A stretch of DNA of 63,715 nt, filler included, from Candidatus Tectimicrobiota bacterium (GCA_016193065.1; 7 parts of 7 records of this genome joined end to end with filler, not necessarily neighbours in it), one strand, 5' to 3'. Positions 30,369-41,833 are shown, counted from the first letter of the whole stretch. The notes: generated from the sequence alone by a model not told the origin. Numbers and translations are program-made.

Positions 30369-31130
30369 ATGAGGGCTCGTTTCCTTAAAAAAGTGTTGCT
30401 GGCAGGCTCCCTGGGGGTCGGGCTTCTCCAGGGATGCGCCTCGCTGGATCCTTCCAGTTCCGAAACAGCCCGGGCCAAGTACAATTTGGGGATCGTTTAC
30501 CTGGAGGCACGAGCCGTGGAGCAGGCTCAAAGAGAGTTGCTGGAGGCAGCAGCCCTCACCCCCAACGACCCGGAGATCGCTGTTGGACTCGGGCGCGTCT
30601 ACTTCCTGCAGCGCCGTTTCCCTTTGGCCTTGCAGGAATACAAAAAGGCCCTGTCCTTGAACCCTCAGATGGGTGAGGCCCACTACTACCTGGGCAACCT
30701 GCACATCGAGCAGAGGCAGTGGGACGAAGCTATCAAGGAGTTTCAGGCGGCCTTGAATTCCCCCCGCTTCGCAGCCCCTCAATTTGCCTATAATAACATG
30801 GCCCTGGCCCATCTTGAAAAAGGGCAGTACGATAAAGCAGTCGAGGGGTTCCTTCTGGCTCTGCGCCTGGATTCGGGACTCTACGAAGCCCGTAACAACC
30901 TGGGAAAATCCTATTACTTTTCAGGGAAGAACGAAGAAGCCATTCGCGAGTTCCGGGAAGCTTTAAGGATCTTTCCCGACTACAGTCAGGCCCAGTTGAA
31001 CATGGGGATGGCATTAGTGAAAAAAGGGGACCGGGAAGGAGCCATCAAATCCTTCCGGCAGGTCCTCGAACTGAGTCCGGAAACCGAGCTGGCCCGAGAG
31101 GCCCAGCGCTACCTCCAGCTCTTACGGTAA
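30369..31130 (+). CDS. TPR lipoprotein, PilF/PilW/Tgl-like
   Basis: Lipobox LQGC; about six TPRs; upstream of rodZ, as pilF usually is. Confidence 0.8.
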   Translation: MRARFLKKVLLAGSLGVGLLQGCASLDPSSSETARAKYNLGIVYLEARAVEQAQRELLEAAALTPNDPEIAVGLGRVYFLQRRFPLALQEYKKALSLNPQMGEAHYYLGNLHIEQRQWDEAIKEFQAALNSPRFAAPQFAYNNMALAHLEKGQYDKAVEGFLLALRLDSGLYEARNNLGKSYYFSGKNEEAIREFREALRIFPDYSQAQLNMGMALVKKGDREGAIKSFRQVLELSPETELAREAQRYLQLLR

Positions 31131-31172
31131 AGTGAGACAGAACCCCTCTTTCCCATTGGGACAAAGACCAAG

Positions 31173-32090
31173 ATGGATTCTTTAGGGGAGTATCTCAAGC
31201 GCGAGCGTGAACTCAGAGGGATCACGTTGCGTCACATCTCGGATGTGACCAAGATCCACATCAAATACCTGGAGGCCCTGGAGGAAAATCATTTTGAAGT
31301 TCTCCCGGCAGAGGCTTTCACCAGAGGTTTCCTGCGTTCCTACGCCAGGTGCGTCGGCATCGACCCGGACGAAGCGGTTCTAGTCTACAAGCAATGTCTG
31401 GACAGGCTCAAAGGCAGCAGCACTCCTTCTATCCCTCCGGTTGCTTTCGAGACTTATCCCCCTCCTCCGGTCCAAGCCCCTGCTACGCCGCAGGAGAAGG
31501 CGCCCTCTACGGGCTCTCCCAAACTTCTCATCACTCTTCTCTCTCTTTTCCTGGTGCTGGCCGTCGCCTTCTTTGCTTTTGTCAGCTCCCGGGCCAAGCG
31601 CGGACCGGAGACTTCCGCCGGGCGAATTGCCCGGGAGCCGGTGGGATCCGTCCCTGAGCCCCGGACTCCGGGATCCGAGGTCAACGTCCCGACGCTGTCT
31701 CAAAAAGCCCCCGCTGACAAAGCGCCGAAGCCGGAGCCAACACAGAAATCCCCCACCGCTTCGACCTCCAAGGAGCAGGGGACCACTGCCCCCATAGCTC
31801 GGCCCCCCGGGACGGAAACCGCGGAAAGCCAAGCGCCGAAAAATCTCGCTTTGACGATCAATGCGAAAGAAGACACCTGGATCCAGGCGGTCATTGACGG
31901 AACAGAGCGCCGGGAGGCTCTGATCCCGGCGGGTTCCCAGGTGACCTGGAGGGCGGCGAACAAATTCGTGCTGGTGATCGGCAACGTCAAGGGAACCGAG
32001 ATGACCCTGAACGGCACCGAAATTCAAGTTCCCGAGGGACAACAGAACGTGCTGCGGGATTTCGTCGTTACCCGTGAGCTCATCCGGTAA
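31173..32090 (+). CDS. rodZ: RodZ (HTH, TM, DUF4115)
   Basis: LGEYLKRERELRGI..RGFLRSYA, a single TM, and a C-terminal DTWIQAVIDG..IGN. Confidence 0.9.
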   Translation: MDSLGEYLKRERELRGITLRHISDVTKIHIKYLEALEENHFEVLPAEAFTRGFLRSYARCVGIDPDEAVLVYKQCLDRLKGSSTPSIPPVAFETYPPPPVQAPATPQEKAPSTGSPKLLITLLSLFLVLAVAFFAFVSSRAKRGPETSAGRIAREPVGSVPEPRTPGSEVNVPTLSQKAPADKAPKPEPTQKSPTASTSKEQGTTAPIARPPGTETAESQAPKNLALTINAKEDTWIQAVIDGTERREALIPAGSQVTWRAANKFVLVIGNVKGTEMTLNGTEIQVPEGQQNVLRDFVVTRELIR

Positions 32091-32097
32091 CCTCCAT

Positions 32098-32967
32098 ATG
32101 GCTCCGCCGCCAAAGATCCTCGGCATTATTGGCCATCCCGTGAGCCACTCCCTGTCGCCGGTCATGCAGAATGCGGCAATCCAATACAAGTCACTGAATT
32201 ACGTTTACGTGGCCTTTGAAGTCTTGCCCCACCTCCTGGGGCGAGCCATCCGGGGAATTCCCGGTTTGGGTATTTCAGGGGTGAACGTCACTGTCCCCCA
32301 CAAGGAAGCCGTACTCCCGTTCTTAGACCGGATCAGCCCCGAGGCCCGATTTATTGGCGCGGTGAACACCATCGTGCGCGAAAAGGAAGAGCTGATCGGG
32401 TACAACACGGACGGGATCGGATTTTCCAGAGCCCTGGCCCAGGAAGGAAATTCCTCCCTGGCAGGAAAAGCCCTCCTCCTTCTTGGTGCCGGAGGGGCCG
32501 CCCGGGCTGTGGCTGCTCAGGCAGCTACGGAAGGGGCCAGAGAGTTGATCATTGCCAACCGGTCTCTCCCCAGGGCGCAACGACTCGAAACGGACCTGCT
32601 CGGGAAATTCCCCGACCTGCAATGTCGCAGTTTGCCATTGGATAGTACTGCAATCGAACCCCTTCTTCCCACCGTCGACCTGCTGGTCAATGCGACTACC
32701 CGGGGAATGAGACCGGGGGACCCCCCTCCCGTTTCTCTGGCCGGCCTTCCCAGACATACCATGGTCTACGATCTCATCTATAATCCACCCGTTACCGAAC
32801 TGATCCGGATCTCCCGTCAGCGCGGGAACCCGGCCCTCAACGGCCTGGGGATGCTGATCTACCAAGGGGCCGCTTCATTCGAACTCTGGACGGGATCGGC
32901 GGCCCCAATTGACGTGATGAAGAAGGCCCTGGAAATAGCTCTGGGCAGCCCCAATGCAGGAGACTGA
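32098..32967 (+). CDS. aroE: Shikimate dehydrogenase
   Basis: HSLSP, NVTVPHK, GAVNT, NTDG, GAGGAA and GLGMLIYQG. Confidence 0.96.
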   Translation: MAPPPKILGIIGHPVSHSLSPVMQNAAIQYKSLNYVYVAFEVLPHLLGRAIRGIPGLGISGVNVTVPHKEAVLPFLDRISPEARFIGAVNTIVREKEELIGYNTDGIGFSRALAQEGNSSLAGKALLLLGAGGAARAVAAQAATEGARELIIANRSLPRAQRLETDLLGKFPDLQCRSLPLDSTAIEPLLPTVDLLVNATTRGMRPGDPPPVSLAGLPRHTMVYDLIYNPPVTELIRISRQRGNPALNGLGMLIYQGAASFELWTGSAAPIDVMKKALEIALGSPNAGD

Positions 32968-33028
32968 GAGCTCCCGCCCTATCCTCACGCCTGTGAGCAA
33001 GATCACCCTCCTTCCGAGGGAGACCAGC

Positions 33029-33057
33029 TTGACATTTAGTTTCCCGGCCGATAAGAT
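33029..33057 (+). promoter_or_regulatory. Sigma70-type promoter upstream of pilT
   Basis: TTGACA-17bp-TAAGAT. Confidence 0.6.
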
Positions 33058-33148
33058 GCCCCCATCCTATCGGATATGAAGGGGTTAGAATCGATTCACC
33101 ATCTCGCAACTGGACCTAGATCTTCCCTAGGGGGAGGAAGAGACCCAC

Positions 33149-34231
33149 ATGGCAAAAATCGACGCTTTCTTTAAGCTGATGCACGACCAGGGCGCATCCG
33201 ATCTCCACCTGGCTTCCGGAAGCCAGCCCATTCTCAGAATCCGCGGGGAAATGGAGCGGGTGAAATACCAGGAGCTCAACAACGACGATCTCAAAGCCAT
33301 GCTTTATGAGATTGCCCCGGAGGACAAGATCAAGGTCTTTGAAGAGACCGGAGATGTGGACTTTGCTTACGAGATTCCGGGAATGGCCCGCTATCGAGCG
33401 AACTTCTTCATGCAGAAGTATGGAGTGGGGGCCGTCTTTCGGGAAATTCCAAGCAATGTTCTGACCGCCGAGCAATTGGGGCTCCCACCCATTCTCCCCC
33501 GGCTTGCGTTGCTCCCCCGGGGACTGGTCCTGGTCACAGGACCAACAGGGAGCGGCAAATCGACAACCCTGGCCGCCATCATCGACTACGGCAACAAGAA
33601 CCGGAAAGACCACATCATCACCGTCGAGGACCCTATTGAATTTGTCCACAAGAGTCAGGGGTGCCTGGTAAATCACCGGGAAGTGGGGGTCCACACGCGC
33701 TCCTTTGCCGCAGCTCTGCGCGGTGCACTGCGCGAGGATCCAGACATCATTCTGGTGGGCGAGATGCGCGATCTGGAAACCATATCCCTGGCCGTGGAAG
33801 CGGCGGCAACCGGGCACCTGGTCTTCGGCACACTGCACACCCAGAGTGCTGCCAAGACCGTTGACCGGGTGATTGAAGTCTTCCCTGCCAACCAGCAGGC
33901 CCAGATCCGCTCCACACTGGCCGAAGGATTGCGGGCCGTGGTCTGCCAGGCCCTCTTCAAGAGGATCGACGTCAAGGGGAGATGTGCAGCCATGGAGATC
34001 ATGATTGCGACTCCCGCTATTCGCAATCTGATCCGGGAGGGGAAAACCTACCAGATCCCCTCCTCCATCCAGACCGGGCGAAAATACGGCATGCAGACCC
34101 TCGACGACGCGATCTTCTCCTTCCTGCAGGCCAAGAAGATCAACCCTGAGGAGGCCTACAGCAAATGCGTCGACAAGGCGAAGTTTCAACCGTACCTCAC
34201 CAAGCCACCCGAAGACTTCACGGAGGCATAG
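33149..34231 (+). CDS. pilT: Type IV pilus retraction ATPase
   Basis: ASDLHL, GPTGSGKS, EDPIE, GEMRD, TLH, AIRNLIRE and GMQT. Confidence 0.97.
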   Translation: MAKIDAFFKLMHDQGASDLHLASGSQPILRIRGEMERVKYQELNNDDLKAMLYEIAPEDKIKVFEETGDVDFAYEIPGMARYRANFFMQKYGVGAVFREIPSNVLTAEQLGLPPILPRLALLPRGLVLVTGPTGSGKSTTLAAIIDYGNKNRKDHIITVEDPIEFVHKSQGCLVNHREVGVHTRSFAAALRGALREDPDIILVGEMRDLETISLAVEAAATGHLVFGTLHTQSAAKTVDRVIEVFPANQQAQIRSTLAEGLRAVVCQALFKRIDVKGRCAAMEIMIATPAIRNLIREGKTYQIPSSIQTGRKYGMQTLDDAIFSFLQAKKINPEEAYSKCVDKAKFQPYLTKPPEDFTEA

Positions 34232-34243
34232 GGAGGAAAGGCA

Positions 34244-35419
34244 ATGCGCCAGCCAGAGATTGACTACATATTGAACCGCATGCTGGAGTCTCACGGTAAC
34301 GTCTCCGACTTGAACCTGACGGTGGGCAAGCCTCCCCAGGTGGAATCCTCGGGACAACTGGTCCCCGTCCCCCTGGAGCCGACCATCGAAAAACTGACTC
34401 CGTTTCAGACCGAGGTTTTTGCCCTGAACCTGATTAACTCGGACCGGCGGCTCACGGAAATCCTGCTCCGGGAAGGCTCCTGCGACTGTTCTTATTCCCT
34501 ACCCGGGATTTCCCAGCGCGGGGACTACTCCATCGTGCAAAGAAAACTCGAGACCCGCATCCCCACACTGCAGGATCTGAACCTGCCCCCGGCTTTCCTC
34601 AAGATGGCTCAAGAAAAGAACGGCCTGATCCTGGTCACGGGGGCCACCGGCAGCGGCAAATCCACCTCGCTGGCCGGGCTCCTCAACGAGATGAACGAGA
34701 CGAAATCAATCCACATCATCACCCTCGAGGACCCCGTGGAGTTCTCGCACCCCCACAAGAAGGCCACCTTCAACCAGCGCGAGCTGGGGGGGGACTTCGA
34801 CGCCTTTTCCACGGGCTTGAGGGCGGCCCTGCGTCAGGCTCCCAAGGTCATCCTGGTGGGGGAGATGCGGGACCGGGAAACGGTGGAAATCGGCCTGAGC
34901 GCCGCGGAAACCGGCCATCTGGTCCTCAGCACACTGCACACGGTGGACGCAGGGCAGACCATCAACCGCATCCTGGGCATGTTCGAACAAGAAGAAGAGC
35001 GGCAGATCCGCATCCGGCTGGCGGACACGATTCGCTGGATCGTCTGCCAGCGCCTGTTGCCCAAGGTGGGCGGAGGCCGGGTGGCGGCCTTCGAGATCAT
35101 GGGGAGCAACCTGCGGGTCAAGGACACCATTCTCAACGGGGAATCGGAAGGGAAAACCTTTTACGAGATTATCGACGCCGGGGAGGCCTTCGGGATGATG
35201 ACGTTCGACAAGTGCATCATCGAGCATTACAAGAACGGCTTGATCACCGAGGAAACCGCCCTGGCTTACGCTTCGCGCAAGGCCGTTGTGGGCCGGGGCA
35301 TGGACCGGATCAAGAGCTCCCGGGGCGAGAAGACCTCTGATATCGATGAACTGGCCGTCGATGCGGAGTACGGAAAATCCGAGTTTAAGGATCTGCAGAC
35401 CAAAGGGAAAAAACGGTAA
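34244..35419 (+). CDS. PilT/PilU-family ATPase paralog with an apparent ~8-aa deletion near 34508
   Basis: GATGSGKS, EDPVE and GEMRD; lacks the RxRxN segment present in the neighbouring PilT. Confidence 0.92.
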   Translation: MRQPEIDYILNRMLESHGNVSDLNLTVGKPPQVESSGQLVPVPLEPTIEKLTPFQTEVFALNLINSDRRLTEILLREGSCDCSYSLPGISQRGDYSIVQRKLETRIPTLQDLNLPPAFLKMAQEKNGLILVTGATGSGKSTSLAGLLNEMNETKSIHIITLEDPVEFSHPHKKATFNQRELGGDFDAFSTGLRAALRQAPKVILVGEMRDRETVEIGLSAAETGHLVLSTLHTVDAGQTINRILGMFEQEEERQIRIRLADTIRWIVCQRLLPKVGGGRVAAFEIMGSNLRVKDTILNGESEGKTFYEIIDAGEAFGMMTFDKCIIEHYKNGLITEETALAYASRKAVVGRGMDRIKSSRGEKTSDIDELAVDAEYGKSEFKDLQTKGKKR

Positions 35420-35437
35420 CTCCGGAAGGTAAACCAA

Positions 35438-36133
35438 GTGGAAATCACCTGTTCTTCCTGTGCGGCCAAATACAACGTCCCGGACGAGAAAATCCCCAAA
35501 GATAAGGCATTCCGAATCACCTGCCCGCAGTGCAAGGAGAAAATCACCGTCGAGCCCCCGGGCCAGGGAGCGGCGGCCGCGGCCAGCGAGGCTCCTGCGC
35601 CAGCAACCCGGGATCTGGAGGGCCTTCCGGAAAACGGCCAACACCAACCCGCGGCTGAAGCCCCCCTCTACGACACCGCCACTTCAGAATACTTCGAGGA
35701 AGGGGTAAAGACGGCTCTGCTCTGCGAGAGCGACGAAAAGCGGGCCGATTTCCTGACCGGGATCCTGAAGGAGCTGGATTACATCGTGACCTGCCCCAGT
35801 TCCCACGAGGACGCCCTGCTCCGGCTCAAGTTCAACAAATACGACCTGATCGTAGTGGACGAGGAGTTCGCCGGAGCCACCCCGGGCAACAATGCGGTGC
35901 TCTCCCATCTCCAGAAGCTGCCCATGGCCGCCCGCCGCTACATCTACCTGGTTCTCCTGGGGCAGAAGCTCAACACCTCCGACAACATGATGGCTTTTGT
36001 GAAAAGCGTCAACATGGTGGTGAATCACAAAGATCTTGAAAATTTCAAGAACATCCTAAAGCGAAACCAGACAGAGCACGAAACGTTCTACAAGGTCTTC
36101 ATGGACGTCCTTAGGGAGTTGGGGAAGCGGTAA
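35438..36133 (+). CDS. MJ0042-type zinc-ribbon protein with a degenerate receiver-like C-terminal domain
   Basis: CSSC..CPQC; C-terminal YDLIVVDEEF. Confidence 0.8.
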   Translation: MEITCSSCAAKYNVPDEKIPKDKAFRITCPQCKEKITVEPPGQGAAAAASEAPAPATRDLEGLPENGQHQPAAEAPLYDTATSEYFEEGVKTALLCESDEKRADFLTGILKELDYIVTCPSSHEDALLRLKFNKYDLIVVDEEFAGATPGNNAVLSHLQKLPMAARRYIYLVLLGQKLNTSDNMMAFVKSVNMVVNHKDLENFKNILKRNQTEHETFYKVFMDVLRELGKR

Positions 36134-36154
36134 TTGCCGGGAGAAGCTTGAGCC

Positions 36155-37363
36155 ATGCCCGTCTTTCGCTACGCCGGGAACGCCCCATCGGGAGCCATCA
36201 AGGGAGAAATCGAGGCTGCTGACCTGGAAGCAGCCAGGGTGCTCTTGCAGCGCCAAAAGATCAAGATCGCCACGCTCAAGGCCAAGCCCAAAGACATCCA
36301 ACTGAAGATCCCCGGATTCGGGGGAGGAGGGGTGGGGGAGAAGGACCTGGTGGTTTTTACCCGGCAATTTTCCACCATGATCAACGCCGGGCTCCCCATC
36401 GTCCAGGCCCTGGACGTCCTTGCCCAGCAGACCCAGAACAAAACCCTGGCAAACATCATCAGGAAAATCCGCTCCGACGTGGAAGGCGGAGATACTCTTA
36501 CGGATGCCATGCGCCGGCACACGAAGGTCTTTGATAACCTCTACGTGAACATGGTCCAGGCAGGGGAGATCGGCGGGATCGTCGACACGATCCTGAACCG
36601 CCTGTGCGCCTACATGGAAAAGGCCATGGGGCTCAAGAAAAAAGTCAAGTCCGCCATGGTCTACCCGATCGCCATTATCACCATCGCCGTAATGGTCGTC
36701 GTCTTCCTGATGATCTTCGTCATCCCCACCTTTTCCAAGATGTTCGCCGAATTTGGCCAGACCCTGCCCGCTCCGACCCAGATTGTCATTAACCTCAGCG
36801 ACTTCACCAAGAAGTACGTGTTTTACTTCGTGCCGGCCTTTATCGGCGCCATCATCGCCTTCAAACAGTACTACAAGACTCCCCCGGGGAAGCTGAGCGT
36901 GGACAAGTTCATGCTCAAGGCCCCCGTCTTCGGTCCCTTGATCCAGAAAGTCTCTGTGTCCCGATTCACCCGCACGCTGGGAACATTGATCACCAGCGGC
37001 GTCCCCATTATTGACGCTCTCAACATCACGGCCCGCACGGCCGGCAACAAAATCGTGGAGCTGGCCGTGCTGTCCATCGTGGAAAAGATCAAGGAAGGCC
37101 AGACCATCGCCGCACCCCTTTCCGAAAAGAAGGTGTTTCCCCCCATGGTCGTGCAGATGATTTCCATTGGAGAGTCGACGGGCGCTCTGGATGCTATGTT
37201 GAGCAAGATCGCTGATTTTTACGATGAGGAAGTCGATGCGGCCGTAGGGGCACTCACCTCCCTCATGGAACCCTTGCTCATGGTATTCCTGGGCGGGGTC
37301 ATCGGATTTATCGTGGTGGCTATGTACCTGCCGATCTTCAAGATGGCTTCCGCGATCGGATAG
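36155..37363 (+). CDS. pilC: Type IV pilus platform protein
   Basis: FTRQFSTMINAG, AGEIGG, IGESTG, EPLLMVFLG and MYLPIF. Confidence 0.96.
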   Translation: MPVFRYAGNAPSGAIKGEIEAADLEAARVLLQRQKIKIATLKAKPKDIQLKIPGFGGGGVGEKDLVVFTRQFSTMINAGLPIVQALDVLAQQTQNKTLANIIRKIRSDVEGGDTLTDAMRRHTKVFDNLYVNMVQAGEIGGIVDTILNRLCAYMEKAMGLKKKVKSAMVYPIAIITIAVMVVVFLMIFVIPTFSKMFAEFGQTLPAPTQIVINLSDFTKKYVFYFVPAFIGAIIAFKQYYKTPPGKLSVDKFMLKAPVFGPLIQKVSVSRFTRTLGTLITSGVPIIDALNITARTAGNKIVELAVLSIVEKIKEGQTIAAPLSEKKVFPPMVVQMISIGESTGALDAMLSKIADFYDEEVDAAVGALTSLMEPLLMVFLGGVIGFIVVAMYLPIFKMASAIG

Positions 37364-37372
37364 CTTCAGTCC

Positions 37373-39127
37373 ATGTCACCTCCACAGACACCGCTTCAGG
37401 ATCGCGACTTCCTCTTTAAAGTCAAGGTCCTCATGGCCCTGAGGGTGCTGGTGCTGACCCTGTTTCTGGGGGCCGTCATTGTTTTCCAGATCAAGACCCG
37501 GCAATCGGCCTCCCTGTTGCCCATCAGCATGCTCATTGCGGTCACCTACTTCCTCACCCTCCTGTATGCCCTCATGCTCGGGCGGGTGAAGAGCCTCAAG
37601 CTCTTTTGCTACCTTCAGATCGCTGGAGATATCCTGATCGAAACCGGGATCGTTCACATCACGGGGGGGGTGGAGAGCGTGTTCTCCTTCCTCTACATTT
37701 TCTCTATCATCTCGGCAGCCATCATTCTTTACCGGCCCGGCAGCTATACGATCGCCTCTTTGGCCAGCATCCTCTACGGCCTCCTGACCAACCTGGAGCT
37801 TCGCCAGCTTCTGCCCTCGGTTTACTTCCATTCCCAGGTGGACACCTTCGTGGAAGGAGAATACGCGCTATACAAAGTCTCCCTCAACATCGTCGCCTTC
37901 TTTCTCGTGGCCTTCCTGAGCGGCTACCTGGCCGAGAAGGTCAGATCCACGAGAGAGGAACTGGAAAAAAAGAGCGAGAATCTGCTCGAACTCCAGGAAT
38001 TCCACGAAAACATCGTGAAAAGCATGAACAGCGGGCTGATGACCCTCAACGGATCGGGGCAGATCGTGACCTGCAACCATGAGGCGGAACAGATCTGCGG
38101 CTACCCGATCGAGAAGATTCGCGGCATGCTTTGCCCCGATCTTTTCCCCGATTTCCCCTGGCACCGGATCCTGCTGCGGGAGCCGATCGGAGTGACCATC
38201 AACCGCCACGAAGGTTGGTTCAACCGCCGGGACGGGCAGCGAATCTACCTGGAAATGCGCCTCTCCCCCCTCAAGGATGAAAAGGGAATCGTCAAAGGAA
38301 CCATTCTCCTGTTTCAGGATGCCACGGAGCTCAAGGCCCTGGAACTCCAGGTCAAGCGCTCGGAAAAGCTGGCGGCTGTGGGCCGTCTGGCGGCAGGAAT
38401 CGCCCACGAGATCCGCAACCCACTGGGTTCCCTGAGCGGCTCCGTCCAGGTTCTGCAATCGGAGTTGGAGCTTGACGAGACCAACCGCCGCCTCATGGAG
38501 ATCGTCGTCAAGGAAACAAACCGACTTGATTCCATCGTGACCCAGTTCCTAAGCTATGCCCGGCCTCAACCCCTTCAAATTGCCAACTACGAGATCAACC
38601 GCTTGATCAGAGACTCCCTGACGCTGCTGCAAAATCACGAGCACTACAAGGACACCGTTCTCATCGAAACCCGCTTCGAAGAGCCCGGGCTCATGGCCGC
38701 CGTAGACCCCCAATCCTTCCAGCAGGTGCTATGGAACTTATTCCTGAACGCTCTCCAGGCGATGCCCTCCGGCGGGACTTTGCGGGTCGAGACGGCCACG
38801 TTGTCCCCGAAAGCCTCCGGCTTCCGCTCGCCCAACCCGGAAGACGGCCGCAGCGCCGGGCTGTGCCAGATCACGGTAGAGGACAGCGGGGAAGGGATTC
38901 CACCGGAGGCTCTGGACAAGGTCTTCGATCCCTTCTTCACCACGAAGGATCAAGGGACGGGCCTCGGATTGGCTCTGGTTCACAAGATCATTGAAGAACA
39001 CCAAGGAGAAATTACGGTAGAAAGCATGGGGGGAAAGGGGACCACCTTCCGCATCGTGCTGCCCGCAGCAAAGCAATTGGCACTCAGCGCTCAGCAATCA
39101 GCGCTGCAAGAAGGGTCTGCGGCCTAG
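37373..39127 (+). CDS. pilS: PilS-like membrane PAS sensor histidine kinase
   Basis: Six TMs with TGG..S.F; PAS domain; AHEIRNPL; N, D, F and G boxes; follows pilC. Confidence 0.88.
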   Translation: MSPPQTPLQDRDFLFKVKVLMALRVLVLTLFLGAVIVFQIKTRQSASLLPISMLIAVTYFLTLLYALMLGRVKSLKLFCYLQIAGDILIETGIVHITGGVESVFSFLYIFSIISAAIILYRPGSYTIASLASILYGLLTNLELRQLLPSVYFHSQVDTFVEGEYALYKVSLNIVAFFLVAFLSGYLAEKVRSTREELEKKSENLLELQEFHENIVKSMNSGLMTLNGSGQIVTCNHEAEQICGYPIEKIRGMLCPDLFPDFPWHRILLREPIGVTINRHEGWFNRRDGQRIYLEMRLSPLKDEKGIVKGTILLFQDATELKALELQVKRSEKLAAVGRLAAGIAHEIRNPLGSLSGSVQVLQSELELDETNRRLMEIVVKETNRLDSIVTQFLSYARPQPLQIANYEINRLIRDSLTLLQNHEHYKDTVLIETRFEEPGLMAAVDPQSFQQVLWNLFLNALQAMPSGGTLRVETATLSPKASGFRSPNPEDGRSAGLCQITVEDSGEGIPPEALDKVFDPFFTTKDQGTGLGLALVHKIIEEHQGEITVESMGGKGTTFRIVLPAAKQLALSAQQSALQEGSAA

Positions 39128-39172
39128 GGGCTCCGGCAGGCGGTGACACGACCAAGGATTGTCGGATCAGGA

Positions 39173-39703
39173 CTAAAACACGCTAACTGCCGCAGAGCGA
39201 GCCACGTAGGCCCCTCCGTCAGTCACGCCATAGGTCTGCTTTACAGCGTTCCCATCCAGATCCCCTTGCGCGGTGGCTTTGAAACCAACCTCTGCGGAGC
39301 CGGTTACCCTTACCCTTCTTCTCCTGGACGTGCCGGCCGTCCAGGTACCCGTTGCGGCCGCAAACCCGCTGCCGTCCACCAGCACGCCTTGGGAAGTCGC
39401 GAAAGTATCCACCGCATAGTTGAAATAGACGTTGCCGGAGGCGACAAACCCAATCTCGTCGAAATCGGCGTTTCCTACCCAGGGCCGCTTGGCCGAACCC
39501 ACGGCTCCACCCGGAGCTTCAGCAGCATTCACGTATTCGTCCTCTTCAGCTTTGTAGGCCTCCTCCATACTGCGAATATGCCCGAGGTTGTTCCTGGCCT
39601 CGGTGGTCTTGGCCTTGAGCTGGTAGCGGTTGAAGGTTGGGATGGCGATGGCCGCGAGAATCCCGATGATCGCCAATGCGATCATGAGCTCGATCAGGGT
39701 AAA
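39173..39703 (-). CDS. Type IV pilin, 5'-truncated
   Basis: Contig end reads FTLIELMIALAIIGILAAIAIP, followed by KAKTTEA. Confidence 0.9.
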   Translation of the reverse strand, partial: FTLIELMIALAIIGILAAIAIPTFNRYQLKAKTTEARNNLGHIRSMEEAYKAEEDEYVNAAEAPGGAVGSAKRPWVGNADFDEIGFVASGNVYFNYAVDTFATSQGVLVDGSGFAAATGTWTAGTSRRRRVRVTGSAEVGFKATAQGDLDGNAVKQTYGVTDGGAYVARSAAVSVF

Positions 39704-39803
39704 NNNNNNNNNNNNNNNNNNNNNNNNNNNNNNNNNNNNNNNNNNNNTTAATTAATTAANNNNNNNNNNNNNNNNNNNNNNNNNNNNNNNNNNNNNNNNN
39801 NNN

Positions 39804-41159
39804 CTCGCATCGAAGAAGCTCAACCTGGAGATGTTGATCGAGCGCCGCGCTCGGGCGCAGGAGCGCCGCCTGGTCCCGGAAACGATCGCGCGGTTCATCC
39901 GCGAGGCCGCTGAGTACGTCCCGTTTAGCCTGAAAACCGTCTCTCAACTGCCCCACGCATTTGAGCCGGGCCGAACGCCCTCCGTCCTGCGGCGCTACGA
40001 GAGAGACCCGGACTGGAAACTTCCAGCGCTTGCAACCAAGTACCCCCGTTGTTCCACGGATCGCGAAACCGCTGAGAAAAACAACCTGGAATGGGTCACC
40101 CCGGGTCATCCCCTCTTCGAGGCAGTCCGGCGGCATACCTACCTGCAGGGCCTAGACCCATTCGGGAAGGGAGGGTGCTTCTATTCATTGCAGCACGATA
40201 AGCCAGTCCGTATCGACTTCTATAAGGCTCGGGTGGTAGATGGACTTGGGCATGTGACCCACGAGAGGCTGTTTGCCGTGGAAACCTCGGAAGACGGAGA
40301 GCCCCGATTACAGGAACCTAGCATGCTCGGGAACTTCACCCCGACCGAACCTCCGGATGCGATTCCCTCTGTTGCGACGGTTCCGGATGTGGGTGCATGG
40401 CTGAACGAGCACGCTCTCACACCATTTCTGGAAGAGACCCGCGCTGAGCGCATCGTTGAGGTCGATCGGATTGCATCTCATGTGGAACTATCGCTGACGG
40501 AGCTGCTCCAGCGGGCGGACGAGGAAATCGGAAGAGCGGCCGGTGAGGTCGAGCAGAAAGTCTCCGGTGCAGAAGGCCGCCTCGCCTTAGCCGAGACGCG
40601 GCACGCCGACCTTCTGAGCCGCCGGGATCGGCGAAGAAAGGAACTAGAGCAGCAAAGGTCTCTCTCTCTGCAGGCCGTGGAGCTCATTACAAGTGGCCTG
40701 ATTCTGCCCCATCCGGAGCGCGATACGCCGGAAGTCCAGCGTCTTCGCCCCAACCTGGAAACTGAAGCGATCGCAATGGATATGGTCATGGAATACGAGC
40801 GGAATCAGGGCCGCCAGGTATATGATGTCCACGAGAAGAACCTAGGCTATGACATCACCAGTCTGGACTTGAATTCCGGCGAGCTCCGACTTATCGAGGT
40901 CAAGGGCCTGGGGGCGGCAAGCGGCACGATTCTTCTAACACCCAACGAATGCCGCGTGGCCGAGGACCGCCGCGATTGTTATTGGCTCTACGTTGTCACC
41001 CACTGCGGTACGCAACCTCAACTACAGGAACCGATCAAAGACCCAGCCCGCTTCGAGTGGCACGAGGTCACGAAGGTGGCTCACTACTACTTGTCGGTGG
41101 ACGCCTTGACGAAACCGATGCAGGTGCGAGAAGATACGCCAAGATACGGGGGACAATAA
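39804..41159 (+). CDS. C-terminal part of an SNF2-type helicase with a DUF3883 (NOV-C-like) nuclease domain
   Basis: EERRLVPE-like segment (QERRLVPE), PGHPLFE, and EAIAM..YER..GYDI..IEVKG..LTPNE..YWLYVV. Frame is open from the contig start. Confidence 0.85.
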   Translation, partial: LASKKLNLEMLIERRARAQERRLVPETIARFIREAAEYVPFSLKTVSQLPHAFEPGRTPSVLRRYERDPDWKLPALATKYPRCSTDRETAEKNNLEWVTPGHPLFEAVRRHTYLQGLDPFGKGGCFYSLQHDKPVRIDFYKARVVDGLGHVTHERLFAVETSEDGEPRLQEPSMLGNFTPTEPPDAIPSVATVPDVGAWLNEHALTPFLEETRAERIVEVDRIASHVELSLTELLQRADEEIGRAAGEVEQKVSGAEGRLALAETRHADLLSRRDRRRKELEQQRSLSLQAVELITSGLILPHPERDTPEVQRLRPNLETEAIAMDMVMEYERNQGRQVYDVHEKNLGYDITSLDLNSGELRLIEVKGLGAASGTILLTPNECRVAEDRRDCYWLYVVTHCGTQPQLQEPIKDPARFEWHEVTKVAHYYLSVDALTKPMQVREDTPRYGGQ

Positions 41160-41160
41160 T

Positions 41161-41802
<642 letters not shown>

Positions 41803-41833
41803 TCCCCAACAACGCAGACCGGAGGTGGTTAGA